NCBI RefSeq assembly: GCF_021028975.2
Contig: NC_059425.1
Coordinates: 74,152,001 to 74,216,000, forward strand
DNA length: 64,000 nucleotides
Source of the DNA: Sphaerodactylus townsendi
Lineage: Eukaryota
Reading direction: 5' to 3'
Shown here: piece after piece, positions 25,381 to 37,514 of the stretch
How the letters are laid out: each line of letters begins with the position of its first letter
How positions within the stretch are numbered: position 1 is the first letter of the stretch
Notes under the pieces: generated by a model
What the model was told of the DNA's origin: nothing
The model's database searches: none
The model's input: only the letters and a program-made list of their open reading frames with translations
Made by a program: the position numbers and the translations under genes

Positions 25381-26016
25381 GGCCGTTTCCGCACGGGCGA
25401 AATATGACGTCGTGGAAACGGTAAAAGAACCGCCATAGCGAGAGCGTTCGCACGCGCAGCGGCGGAGGTGCGCATTCGCGCCGTCGCGGAAACGCTAAAC
25501 CGGCGCGAAGACGCCGTATTCAGAAAACGCTTTAAACCACTCTTTTTCCCCCTGTGACGCATCGACGCCGCACTCGTGCGAACAGCCGCAAGGGAGCCGT
25601 CTTCAAAATGGCGACTGCCAGACGGCCAAGCTGGGTCACCTTTTCCCCCCACACACACACACGTTCGTCCCTGGTGCTTTCCCTGCATGGCCAAGCACCT
25701 TTCCCAGACCCATGCACTGGGACTGACAGTAGCTGGGAGGGGAGGCACTGACAGATGGGGGATGGGCAGGACATCAGGGCAGTCACGTTGTCCATCGCAC
25801 TGCTGCGTGGGCATGACGTCGGGCCTGCACGGCTTCGCAAGTGCGCAGGCGCAACATCGCGAGACGCCGCTTCCGCAGCGCTTCAGTGCGAACCGTCACA
25901 TTTCTGCGGGGCTGCGGATGCCCGCAGCTCCGCCTGTCTGTGTGAACGCTTTTTTTCGTATGCGTCGCAATTTGCGACGTCATCGCGTCGCTGCTTTTGG
26001 CCGTGCGGAAACGGCC
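25381..26016. mobile_element. CpG-rich Harbinger-like MITE
   Basis: Perfect TIRs GGCCGTTTCCGCACGG / CCGTGCGGAAACGGCC; TSD ATA/ATA. Confidence 0.9.
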
Positions 26017-26179
26017 ATAGTGTGTGTACAAACTGATCTATAAAACCAACAGAGTACAAACATCATTTGCAAAAGTATGAATGGATAATATCAAAGAATA
26101 ACTGTGCTCATTTTTGCGGATATAGAACTAAGATTTCAAAATAGAAAGGCAGAATGAGAGCAAATATTTGATGTATGCC

Positions 26180-26605
26180 TAGCATTGCCAATCTCTGAGT
26201 GGGGCTTGGAGTTCTCCTGGCATTACAATGCATCTCCAGACAACAGTATGGCTGCCAGGTCCCCCTTGGCCACCAGTAGGGGATGTGGGGGTAGAGTTGT
26301 CAGATCCAGGTTGGAAACTAGGGTAGGACACAGACCTCAGGGTTTGTGCCATAGTGCCAAAGAATCCACCTTTAACTGAACTCTGTAGTCTGGAGATGAG
26401 CTGTAATTCCGAAGGACCGCCAGGTCCCCCCTGAAGGTTGGCATGCTTAGACAACCGAGATCAGTTCCCTTGGATAAAATAGCTGCTATGGAGGATTATG
26501 TCTCTGGAACTGTATTCTGCTGATGTCCCTCTCCAAACCCTACTTTCCCCAGCTTCTACCTCCAAAATCTTGAGGTGTTTTCCAACCCAGAGCTGGCAAC
26601 CCTAC
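26180..26605. mobile_element. Old non-autonomous DNA transposon (AGGGTTGCCA...TGGCAACCCT family)
   Basis: Ends TTGCCAA / TGGCAACCCTA; related modules at ~10200-10337, ~40700-40930 and ~50870-51085. Confidence 0.55.
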
Positions 26606-29600
26606 ATATACGCCAGGTACTTTGGTTCCTATTACAAAAACACTCATTACCTTTAGCAGACATGTTCTCTTTTACATTGATTTTGCAGACTGGTTGTCTT
26701 AAAATATTTTTATTACTCTCAATTTATGCAATGTTTAAATCATTATTATCAACATTTAAATAGGTTCTGCATATTTTCCATCTATTTTTTCTGACATTAG
26801 TCAGAAAAAAATAATTTTTGAGGTTTGATTTCCACAAAACATAACATGAAGAATGTGTGTGTGTTCTTTTTATTAGAGAAAAAGCAATTTGAAAACTTTG
26901 GTTGGCATAAGCATGTCTTAAAAGCAATGTTCTGCTAGGTCCAACAGCCCACGCACATGGATAAGTATGAAGGGAGAGTTTTGAGGGAAGACTTCCAGCC
27001 AGAGCTAGAAAATATGGTGTCCTTCTGAGATGATTTCTTAGAAGTAGTTGACCTGAGGAAAGTTTAGGTGTTGTGGGAGGAGTTGAAAAGTTCCATGGAC
27101 TTTTCACTCTACATCCTCACCTATACTGCATACTTATGATGGACAGTCCTTCCAAAATTGTCTTTATCCTCGCGCCATTTCTGTCTCTGATTTGAGCCAT
27201 GATCTAGTGTGCAGCACATTTTTCTGGATCTAGAGCCATTTAAGCTATGCAGTCTGGTGTAAAGATGTTATAGAGCATTCTAAATAAGCTACCAGTATCC
27301 TAAAAGTTCTCTTTTCTCTCAACTTGAGTAAAACTCTATACTGATTCAGGTGGCCACATAATGTCAGTTTCTCTTATTCCAGTCTGGCAAGCTCTTGTGC
27401 CTTTAAGAGCTGCTTAATTTACAGAAATTTGCACATGGTTATGTCACTCTATGCCATGAAAAGCTTCACCTGTTAATTCCTGAGATCACATCACTGACAC
27501 CAGATCCAGCTGAAAAACTGGCAATGTTAGTCTCGACAAAACTGGCAATGTTAGTCTTGACAAAAGCCTTATATTATTTAGTTATCCAAAAGAATGGTAT
27601 GAGATCAATTAAAACTACAGTATGATGTTTCACTTTTTGCAGGTCTTTAGATTTGCTTTACCCTTTGTGCCACTGGCATCTCTATGATTATCATTAACAT
27701 TTCAACTCCTGTTTTAATTTTAAAAGCTACAGGGCATTCAAAGAAGGAAGTCAGATGTAGGGATGGGTACAAATTACACCCCCTCTGGAATCCGGAAAGG
27801 AACTACACTGGCGGGCATAAGCGTTTCTAGAGTCTGCTGTTTTCCAGAGGGCTCTGGGCCAATCCAGAAATGTGGGAGGCCTCCACCACAAATTGGAGTT
27901 TTTGCCAACCTTTCCCTGCCTTGGAGGCTTTGGAACATGTGAAGGTTTCTTTTAAAAAAATTCTCCTCATAAAATTGTTTTCTGCAGAAGTGAAGACATA
28001 ATCCCACAAAGGGAAAGGTTAAACAAAAACAAAAACCTCTCCATATGTCTGCTTGAAACTCAGATGGCCAGATCTGAGGTATATCTGGTACAGCCTAGAC
28101 ATTTAAAAAATATCTGAGCACTTTTCTGTTGTTGCATGCTAATGGGGAAAAAAATAGGAAAAGACAATGGTGTGGAGCCAGTCATCTTCCGAGTAATCTT
28201 CCTCTAGCCTGAGACTTCCTCCAGCTAAAGTGGCTGTTCCTCCTATGAAAGAACCAATCTGGAGGAAGTTTGCTTTGATTAGAGGGGAGCTTAAAATTTG
28301 TGCCAAAAGAAAAGGAGGGAAAATTTTAATAATATTTTAATAAATATTTAATGAATATTTAAATAAATAAATAAATAAAAGCCAGGTTTGGTAGAATAGG
28401 TGTTGGATCCACCCCAGTACCTGCATATGATACACATATCAAAGAATTGAAACAAGCAGAAAACAGAAAAATCTCTTTTGACTCAATTGTGTAGTAATGA
28501 AAACGGAAAGAATGAGCACATGTAATATAAATGTGATTTCCTCATCCGTTGCTCCTCTCCTCTTCCTCTTTCTTTCCTGGTCCCCATTCCTTCCATTCTC
28601 TGCCACATTTACTGTGCTGATGTTACGGTACCTGGCTAAGTAGGCAGATGGCTAGTTGGCAACCTGGCAATCAGTCAGGAAGAGAGATGGGAAAAGAGAA
28701 CTGGCATCTTGGTTGCCATTTCTGATGTATCCAAAGAGCTCAGTGGTTCCTGGGGAAACGTAGGCATTAAACTGCTTGACACGTTTATTGGTGGATCAGT
28801 CTAGGTACACTTTGCAGGGAAAGAGTCCCTGTGTAGACAAAAATACAACAGCAAAAACCCATGGTAAAGCAAATATTCATGCATGCATAAATGGCCTTTG
28901 TCTTTGCCTTATAGTTGTAAGAGTTCCATTTCTGCCAATTTCTGACTTTTAAAGTTGTTCTTGCATAGCAGGCAAAACAAAAGACTTGCAGTATTGGGCC
29001 AGTACAACTTTTGCTGTCATCAAAAGATTCTATATCTGCATTCTTATTTCACCCTTAGAGATTACTTTCATATTATTCAATATCACAATTAAAAAGTCCA
29101 AACTACTATGAACATCCAGCATCATATGTCTATTCTCTGATGCCCTTTAAGTCTAGACCTACTCTCCAAAACACCTGTTTTCTCTCACATCGTTCAACCC
29201 TCTCCTCAAAACTCTCCTTTTTCTCTTTGGAAGAGCCCTGTTCTTGTAGTCCATTAATAACACTGTTATGTAACTGTAGAACAGACACAAAAGCTGTCAA
29301 ACCTATTAATAGTGCTAATGTTAATCTGCTAACCAGATGTGTACTGCTTCTGCATACAGAAATTCCGTTTAGTTATAATGGCTATTTTTTTGCCATCAAG
29401 TCACAACTGATTTATGACAACTCTGTGGGGTTTTCTGGAAAACAGACATTCAGAGGTGGTTTGTCATTGCTTGTCTTCATATCATGACTTGATTTTTAAA
29501 ATTCCAGAGCAGTGAACTCCAGTCCTTTGAAATGCAAAAGAAGATTAGAAATAGGATCTCTACCAAAATCAGTGTCTCAATTTAAACCAGATCATTGCAG

Positions 29601-30039
29601 TCCTGTACTAATTATATTGTCAGAGTATTAATTTATGCTAATTATGGGAAGACAGTCAAAGAAAAAGTGTAGATAAGTTGCCCATTTTATTTGAAATTGA
29701 TTTATAGGCTCTCCTTTCCCTGATGGGCTTAGGACGGCTTACAACAAAGTTCATTACTAAATCAATGAATAAAAAATATAAATGCCTTTTTTAGTTTGCA
29801 CTTGGTTCAGTTTCTAACAATACTGTAGTTATGTTGTTGGGCATCTCACCTTTAAGAGCAAGAATCTCCCTTTTACAGAAGGAACTGTTACCCAGCTTTC
29901 ACAGGTTGTGAACTTATTTCTAAGGAATCTCCACCAGCTGCTAAGAGTGTAACAGCACACAACTATTTTAAAGTAGCAATGGGGAAAATAACTCGGCTTG
30001 GCAATGCGAGAGGCAGACTGGGTAGAGATCTTTTTAGAC

Positions 30040-30690
30040 TATGTATACCAGAAACGGCTTGAAACGTATCTGCAGAGAATTCACAAAAGACCAAATTGCA
30101 GTTTAAATATTTTTATATAAGTTTTGATTGCAAACAATCACACAGTGAGATGTTAAGGCATGTACACACAGTTCCTAAGTATATAGATAGGGAGGAAAAG
30201 ATAGGTGGGGTGGTAGAATGGGATTTGGGGAAGCAGGGGGTCATACGTTACCTAAATTCAGCTGAAGGAGATCTTGGAGAAGGCAAGGATTCAAATGACC
30301 AGCATCTGAATCCAGGCAAAGGACAAATTCGTGTCTCACACCAACAAGACCAAGGGAGGTTCAGGTTAGCAAAGAGCACTGGAGTTGGGGTGCACAGTAT
30401 TTTTATACCCTTTTGCGCAGGTAGGGGCGGGAACAGGTAAGTTTAAGTTTCATTTTCCTAAATTCTCTGGAATTTCCCATGCTGGGCTTGCTGGCTTGAG
30501 CTAATCAAAAGCTCATCTATTGTTCTAAGTACCCGGGACAATGGAGTCAATTGCTCTTAAATTACATCAGGAAGCACAGAATGGCTTTATGCAGAGCAAC
30601 TCTTTGAAGCCTCCACTTAGGTTATTCAAATTTGGCTGAGGCATCAGATTAGGAAGGGATTGATTGGTTTTAGGAAAAGTGTATCAATAG
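30040..30690 (-). mobile_element. Possible solo LTR (ERV/Gypsy-like)
   Basis: Minus-strand GGGTATAAAAA TATA-like box at ~30400-30412 and LTR-like composition; ends not resolved. Confidence 0.3.
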
Positions 30691-33129
30691 GTTGAGGAAA
30701 TGCAAGGAAGCAACCATTTGTTGCAGAGCCATTTTCTGAAAAGGTGTAGTGAAAGGCCTGTAGCATCAGCAGATAACCAAGGAGGTTTTTCGAGATGTCC
30801 TATTGTGTCAAAGTAGTTCAGTGAGGTATGGTAATCAAGATCATGTCCATAGTTAATGAGGCTTCCAGATTCCATTCACTAGAGTAACTCATTCATTGAT
30901 TTAATCTTGCTAAACAGACCTTTTGCCTGTGGCCTGCTTCTAAGTGGGCACACTGCTACACACACAAAAATATGAGAGGTGGCTTCTGCCAATGTAGTTT
31001 AACAGGAAAATATTCTGAAATAATATATATTGGGGTGTCAAGGGCAAGGCTAACAGAACTCACCAAAGCATCTGGATCCCATGTTATTGACCCAGATTTT
31101 ACCTAAACCCATTGCTTTTATCTCTAAAATTCATAGTCACCCACTTACCCCTGCAAGATTGGTAATATAGCTTCCATCTGTCACAGAAAATATATCAGAA
31201 GAACCCTGCTCCCATTCACCAGTTTACTTGGGTTGGTCAATCTACTGGACAGAGGACAAGCCTGACTGGGCTATAAAGAGAGTCTGTTTGATAGGAAGTT
31301 GAGAAGATTCCAAACTTGTCAACTGTTACAATCTTATGAGCCATCTGACTACTAAATGTGGACTATAAACTTTTTACTTCATTAATGGCACAAAGATTAA
31401 GGAAATGCACAACAAGATTAATTCACAATAATCAGACATATTATGGAAAATATGAAAGTATAATGTAAAATATATGAAGGATAATGTTCGTTTTGTAGTT
31501 AACACAATAAAATTTGTGAAAACAGAAGAACAAAGCAGAATTTATTTTTTAGATGCAGAAAAAGCCTTTGATAATATAGCTTGGTCTTTTTTTTCTGAAG
31601 ATGCTTTGCAGCTCGAAGTTTATGAACTGGATACAAAGTATTTGTAAAAACAACAGGCAAAGATCTTAATAAATGGAGTCTTAATTGATGGATTTCAAAC
31701 TGAGAAAGAAACACATCAAGAATGTCCATTATCTGTACTCTTATTTATTCTTGTGCTATAAGTACTCGCTACTAATATCAGACAAAAATTAAAGGATGAA
31801 AAGTGGATGGAGAAGAGTTTAAAATGAAAGGCTAAGCTGATGATGTGGTACTGACAATTTCAAACCTATACCTATCATTGCAATATGTAATGGAACAAAC
31901 TGGAAAATATGCATCCTTCTTGAGCTATAAAATGAATAGGAAGACTAAAATGATTTTGAATTTTTTAACAAAGCAAGAAGAAGAAATTAGAAACATTACA
32001 GGTTGCAATGTGAGCTTACATCCAGTTAAATATTTGCGAATAAACATGATCAGACAAAATGAAACACTATTTAAAGATAATTATAAAATGACAAGGATAA
32101 TGATACAAGAGGATATTCAAAGACTGTTCAAAATAAAAACTTCTTGGTTAGACAGGATTTCTACCATAAAGTGAATATATCATCAAAGTAAAAAAAAATA
32201 TTACAAATGTTAAGTGTTTCAAATGGCAGAAACAGATAAACAAGTTTATATGGAACAACAAAAAACAAGAAACAGTTTCACACTTTTACAAGATGAAAAA
32301 AACAGAGAACTATCAGTAGCTAATATTACATTATATTATCAAGCAGCTAGTTTCAATTGCAGATTGGATTGAGAACCCAGAAAAGAAAGTAATAAAATTA
32401 GACATGACAGATTTAGAAGAAACATTATGCAATTGATTATGGACAGAACAATCAATGAGCAACCATATCATACAAAATGGAAGTCATGTAATCAGAGACG
32501 GATTGTTAAAAATTTTTGAAGTGACCCAAAAAAGAATTAGTCCTCCAATATCTCCACTACCATCATCTGTAGAGGCTAATTATAAGAAAACTAGCGTTAC
32601 CCGGCCACGCGTTGCTGTGGCTAATTGTTGTGAAATGGAAAAGGAGCAGTACCAGCAAATGAAAGGCAGATGCCAGCAGTACGTGCTCAAGGGAACACAG
32701 AGCCTGATACTATGTGATGTGATTGATATGTGTGACTGCATTCCTAGGACTTCTTTCTGGGTATATGGCAAAAAGGGACATGTCACTGGTTGTAGTCACA
32801 TAGTTCCAATGAAGTGAAGTTTTCGAACAGAGAGCTAGTAAGAGCAGAGCCACAGGTTGTGGCGAAGTGACGCAGGAGTGGAGGTGTGTAAAAGTTATGG
32901 AATGTAAGTGTCGAAGAAGCGAATGATGTGTTTGGGGTGAGGAAGGTGCCGTGGAGGGCTGACGTTGAATGGAGCATTGGTGTTCCTCCGCCAAGAACGT
33001 AGTTAAGGGGGGGTAGGATTCAAACCCCCCCCCCCTGCATGTCTGAAGCTCTGGCCCCTGTCGGAGGGTTTTTTCAGTTTTAAAGCATTTGGGGGGTTTT
33101 GGCCTGCAGGGGGCGCAGTTTTTAGGCTA

Positions 33130-35125
33130 TCGGGACCAAAATGTCAGGCTATTGTCAGGAGACATTCCTGATGATACCAGCCAAGTTTGGCGAAGTCTCG
33201 TTCAGGGGGTCCAAAGTTATGTACTCCCAGAGGGGGTGCCCCATCCCCCATTGTTTCCAATGGGAGCTAATAGTTGATCGGGCTACCCTTTTGAGGTTCC
33301 ATATCTTTGGACACCCTGAATCAAACTTCACTAAACCTAGGTGGTATCCTCAGGATAGTCTCCTTCTGATACTACCCAGGTTTGGTGAAGGTTGGTTCAG
33401 GGGATCCAAAGGGGGTGCACCCTCCCCCATTGTTTCCAATGGGAGCTAATAGTTGATAGGGCTACCCTTTTGAGGTTCCATAACTTTGGACACCCTGAAT
33501 CAAACTTCACTAAACCTAGGTGGTATCATCAGGATAGTCTCATTCTGATACTACCCAGGTTTGGTGAAGGTTGGTTCAGGGGATCCAAAGTTATGGACTC
33601 CCAAAAGGGGTGCCCCATCCCCCATTGTTTCCAATGGGAAGCTGTGGTTGACAGGGCTACCCTTTTCCAGGTTCCATAGCTTTTGGACACTCCTGAATTA
33701 AAACTTCACCCAAGCTAGTGAGTCATCATCAGGATAGTCTCCCTTCTGATACTACCCAGGTTTGGTGAAGGTTGGTTCAGGATCCAAAGAGTTATGGACT
33801 CCCAAGGGGGTGCCCCCCATCCCCCATTGTTTCCAATGGAAGCTAATAGTTGACAGGGCTACCCTTTTCAGGTTCCATAACTTTGGACACCCTGAATCAA
33901 ACTTCACTAAACCTAGGTGTCATCCTCAGGATAGTCTCCTTCTGATACTACCCAGGTTTGGTGAAGGTTGGTTCAGGGGATCCAAAGTTATGGACTCCCA
34001 AAAGGGGTGCCCCATCCCCCATTGTTTCCAATGGAAGCTAATAGTTGACAGGGCTACCCTTTTCAGGTTCCATAACTTTGGACACCCTGAATCAAACTTC
34101 ACTAAACCTAGGTGGTATCATCAGGATAGTCTCCTTCTGATACTACCCAGGTTTGGTGAAGGTTGGTTCAGGGGATCCAAAGTTATGGACTCCCAAAAGG
34201 GGTGCCCCATCCTCCATTGTTTCCAATGGAAGCTAATAGTTGACAGGGCTACCCTTTTGAGGTTCCATAACTTTGGACACCCTGAATCAAACTTCACTAA
34301 ACCTAGGTGGTATCATCAGGATAGTCTCCTTCTGATACTACCCAGGTTTGGTGAAGGTTGGTTCAGAGTTAAAGTTATGGACTCCCAAAAGGGGTGCCCC
34401 ATCCTCCATTGTTTCCAATGGAAGCTAATAGTTGACAGGGCTACCCTTTTGAGGTTCCATAACTTTGGACACCCTGAATCAAATGTCACTAAACCTAGGT
34501 GGTATCATCAGGATAGTCTCCTTCTGAGACTACCCATGTTTGGTGAAGGTTGGTTCAGGGGATCCAAAGGCATGGACTCCCAAAGGGAGTGGGCCATCTT
34601 CCATTGTTTCCAATCGGATGTAATAGAAGATGGGGGTACCGTTTTGAGGTTCTATATCTTTGGACACCCTGAATCAAATGTCACTAAACCTAGGTGGTAT
34701 CATCAGGATAGTCTCCTTCTGATACTACCCAGGTTTGGTGAAGGTTGGTTCAGAGGATCCAAAGTTACAGACTCCCAGAGGCAGTTCCCCATCTTCCAGT
34801 GTCTCCAGTGGGATATAATAGAAGATGGGGGTACCGTTTTGAGGTTTCATATCTTTGGACACCCTGAATCAAACCTCACTAAACCTAAGTGGTATCATCA
34901 GGATAATCTCCTTCTGATACTACCCCGGTTTGGTGAAGGTTGGTTCAGGGGGTCCAAAGTTATGGACTTTTAAAGGGGGTGCCCCATGTTCCATTGTTTC
35001 CAATGGGAGGTAATAGAAGATGGGGGTAAACCTTCGAAGATCCATAACCTTGGATCCCCTGAACCAAACTTCAGTAAACCTGGGCACTATCAGCAGGAGA
35101 GTCTCCTGAAGATACCATGAAAGTG
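33130..35125. repeat. Tandem array of ~10 copies of a 195-bp unit, each with an internal ~120-bp inverted repeat
   Basis: CCATAACTTTGG-like motif recurs at ~33299, 33478, 33674, 33875, 34070, 34265, 34457, 34651, 34846 and 35042; 65-aa periodicity in ORF 33762-34973. Confidence 0.95.
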
Positions 35126-35136
35126 TGGGGATGCAA

Positions 35137-35283
35137 GAGTAATGTGGAGCTTTGGCCCAAGTGGTTTTTACAAACAGGAACCTCAGAATTCAGGTTAAAT
35201 TGGCGTGCTTGCACTGTGCGTGAAAGAAGGGGGATTTGGGTTGCAGTTTGGGCAGTGGGGGTAAAGGTGGGTTGCCATCACTG
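35137..35283 (-). mobile_element. hAT MITE terminal fragment inside the Helitron
   Basis: Reverse complement CAGTGATGGC...TGCCCAAACTGCAACCCAAA...GCCAATTTAACCTGAATTCTGAGGTT aligns to the start of the 58032 MITE. Confidence 0.8.
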
Positions 35284-36673
35284 CTGTAGTGTGTCTCAAT
35301 ATGCCTCCCTGCAAACTGTATGGAGTGTTGGCATCCTCAGGCAAGTTGGTGTTGGTGGGTATAGAAATACCCCAAAGGAAAATGCAGGTTGCACTGCAGT
35401 GCTTCATAATCTCCATTCCTCATAATATGTGTGACATGTTTTTGTGTGAACAAAAGATCTGCAGCAAGTTTGCATAGGAAAGCAGAGTCTGCTAAGAGAG
35501 ATCGGAAAAGGGTGGCCATGTGGCGTGGTGTTCCTTCATGAGGGGAGGGTGGGGTGGTTTTAATGTTCATGGGTAGTCATCTCCATGTAACCCCAGTAAG
35601 GTGGAAGAAATGAAATAGCTGCAGTGAATGAGGACTGGAAAGGGTGGTGCCTTGGAGAGCTTCAGAAATGGTGGGCAGGTGTTGTTGTTTACCTTTTCGA
35701 GAGGATGGGGGGTTATGATGGCGGGCAGCAGAATAGGCAAGGTGGGTTTGCACAGAGACGGGTCGTTGAGGCAGCCGTGATGGGCAGCAGAATTGGCGGG
35801 TCCCCTGGGCGCTGAGGCGCTGTGCTGAGGCGGCGTGGAGGTGCCACAGACTTTATGAGGGAAAGTGGCTGATGAGGCGGATGGCAAAATCCGGAGGAAG
35901 GATGGCTGGTGGAGTAGGGTCGCAGGGTGGGGGTGGGGGTGGGGGGGCAGCGGGTGGCGATGCGGATGGGAGACTCGGGAGCTGGAGGCGGTGTGAGAGG
36001 CTGGTGGCGACGTGAGGCGCAGGAAGGAGAAGGCGAGGGTGCCGAAAGCAAGCTGTCAGAGGCTGCTGGCGTGAGAGCTGTTGTTTGGGCGGGAAGCGAC
36101 CAAGGGGGGAGGGAGCAGCGTGCGAGCTGTGCGTTGCGTATGAGAAGGGGAGGTTCCGTGCATGCCTATCGCAGGAGAGTGCAGCTGATGGCTGATTACG
36201 GCGAAGCATATGAGGAGGTGTTAAGTGGGAAGGGGGAAGATGCTGGCATGTCAGCTGTGTTTTGGGCTGGCAGGGAAGCGAAAGGTGGGAGGAGCCTGCG
36301 CGCCTCGCATTGCTTTTGCAGAGGGGATGAGGGAGAGTTTGGCTGGTGGTTGGGCATGCGCAGTTGGAGGTTTGGGGGGAAATCGCGTCCTATGGGGCAC
36401 AGGGAGGATTATTGTTGGGGGAAAGGAGCTGGAAACCTGGCAGCAGCCATGAGGGACGGTGTCAGGGAAATGCAGGGTGATGTGTGAAGGAATGTGGAAG
36501 GTGACCTGTCAGCAAGAAACGAACGGTTAGCTTTTTATATATATAGATGGTGGGGAACACTGACATTGGCAATATGATAGATGTTCAAGGGGAAACTACG
36601 TCTTGGTCAAAAATGAAGGATGAAGGCAAAAAAATACAATGGCTATTATACTTTCAGTTAGTTTCCAGACTAA

Positions 36674-37144
36674 GGCCATTTCCGCACGGCCATGCTGTGT
36701 GGGTGCGTTGGCATAAATGACGCCGACGCACCCGCCCAGGACTGTTCACATGGACGGTCCCAGTAGGGGTGGGGAAGATGGCACAGCCTGTGCAGAGGCT
36801 GTGCCGTCCCCCGAATGCCTTACCATCCCCGCTGGCCTTCCGGCATGTCGCACAGGCCAGGGGACACACCCCCTGCCCTGCGCGACAGCTCTGGAGTCGC
36901 AGGGCAGGAGGGCGTGTCCCCTGGCCTGTGCAACGTGCCTGAAGGCCGGAGGAGACGGTAAGGCATTCGGGAAAGGGGGTGAAATGGTGCCTTCCAGCAG
37001 CTGCCGTTCACACGGCAGCGGTTGGAAGACACTGCTTCCGAAAAACCTAGCTCAGGGGGTTTGCAGTTAACGCAACAGTTAATAATTAGCGCAATGCAGC
37101 AGTGGCGGCCATGTGAACCCCTCCCCAGGGATGCGGAAAGGGCC
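36674..37144. mobile_element. CpG-rich Harbinger-like MITE
   Basis: GGCCATTTCCGCAC ... TGCGGAAAGGGCC; flanks TAA/AAA; internal homology to 53022-53546 in opposite orientation. Confidence 0.85.
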
Positions 37145-37514
37145 AAAGACAGGAAATTAACAACTCAATCCAAAGGCACGAGTTCATGCCAGTGTGTTTG
37201 GCTACCCCACTGGCGTATTTGGCAAACAAGAATTACAAAGAGAAATGCTGGAAATGTAAAGAAGTAGGTGACTCTTGTTATCATATCTGGTGGATATGTC
37301 AAAAAGTTTAAAAATTCTGGAAAGGAATTCATGCAGATATTCAGAAAATCTTAACATCAAATTAGCAGTGGGTGCTAAGGCTATATTAGGCATATAGCCC
37401 AAAATATTCTGTGGTTTAAACTAGGATCATAGTGGGACCATGTAAACTGTGCATCCTCTATATGGGTTGTACTTCTGCTGAAGAAAAGGATATCCAGAAA
37501 GGATGGTGCTTAAG

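Larger units (their letters stand above)
32591..36547 (-). mobile_element. Non-autonomous Helitron, complete ends, 3,957 bp
   Basis: Minus strand: A|TCTATATATATAAAAAGC at the 5' end; 3' hairpin GCCAC-AGCAACGC-GTGGC then CGGGTAACG-CTAG|T; inserted in an AT dinucleotide with no TSD; L1 sequence continues on both sides. Confidence 0.92.
31400..37400 (+). mobile_element. Degraded L1 (L1/Tx1 clade) ORF2 interrupted by a Helitron and a MITE
   Basis: FLDAEKAFDN (~31545), Q.CPLS.LLF (~31717), ADDVVL (~31836), VKYL.I (~32024); CWKCKEVGD..YHIWWIC zinc knuckle at ~37245-37300. Confidence 0.85.

Noticed and set aside
33130-35125. CRISPR-like array
   Set aside because: Linkers are near-identical rather than unique spacers, the unit is 195 bp, there are no cas genes, and the context is eukaryotic.
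35567-36487. ORFs inside the Helitron as RepHel
   Set aside because: No HUH/Y2 Rep or PIF1 helicase motifs; explained by G-rich composition.
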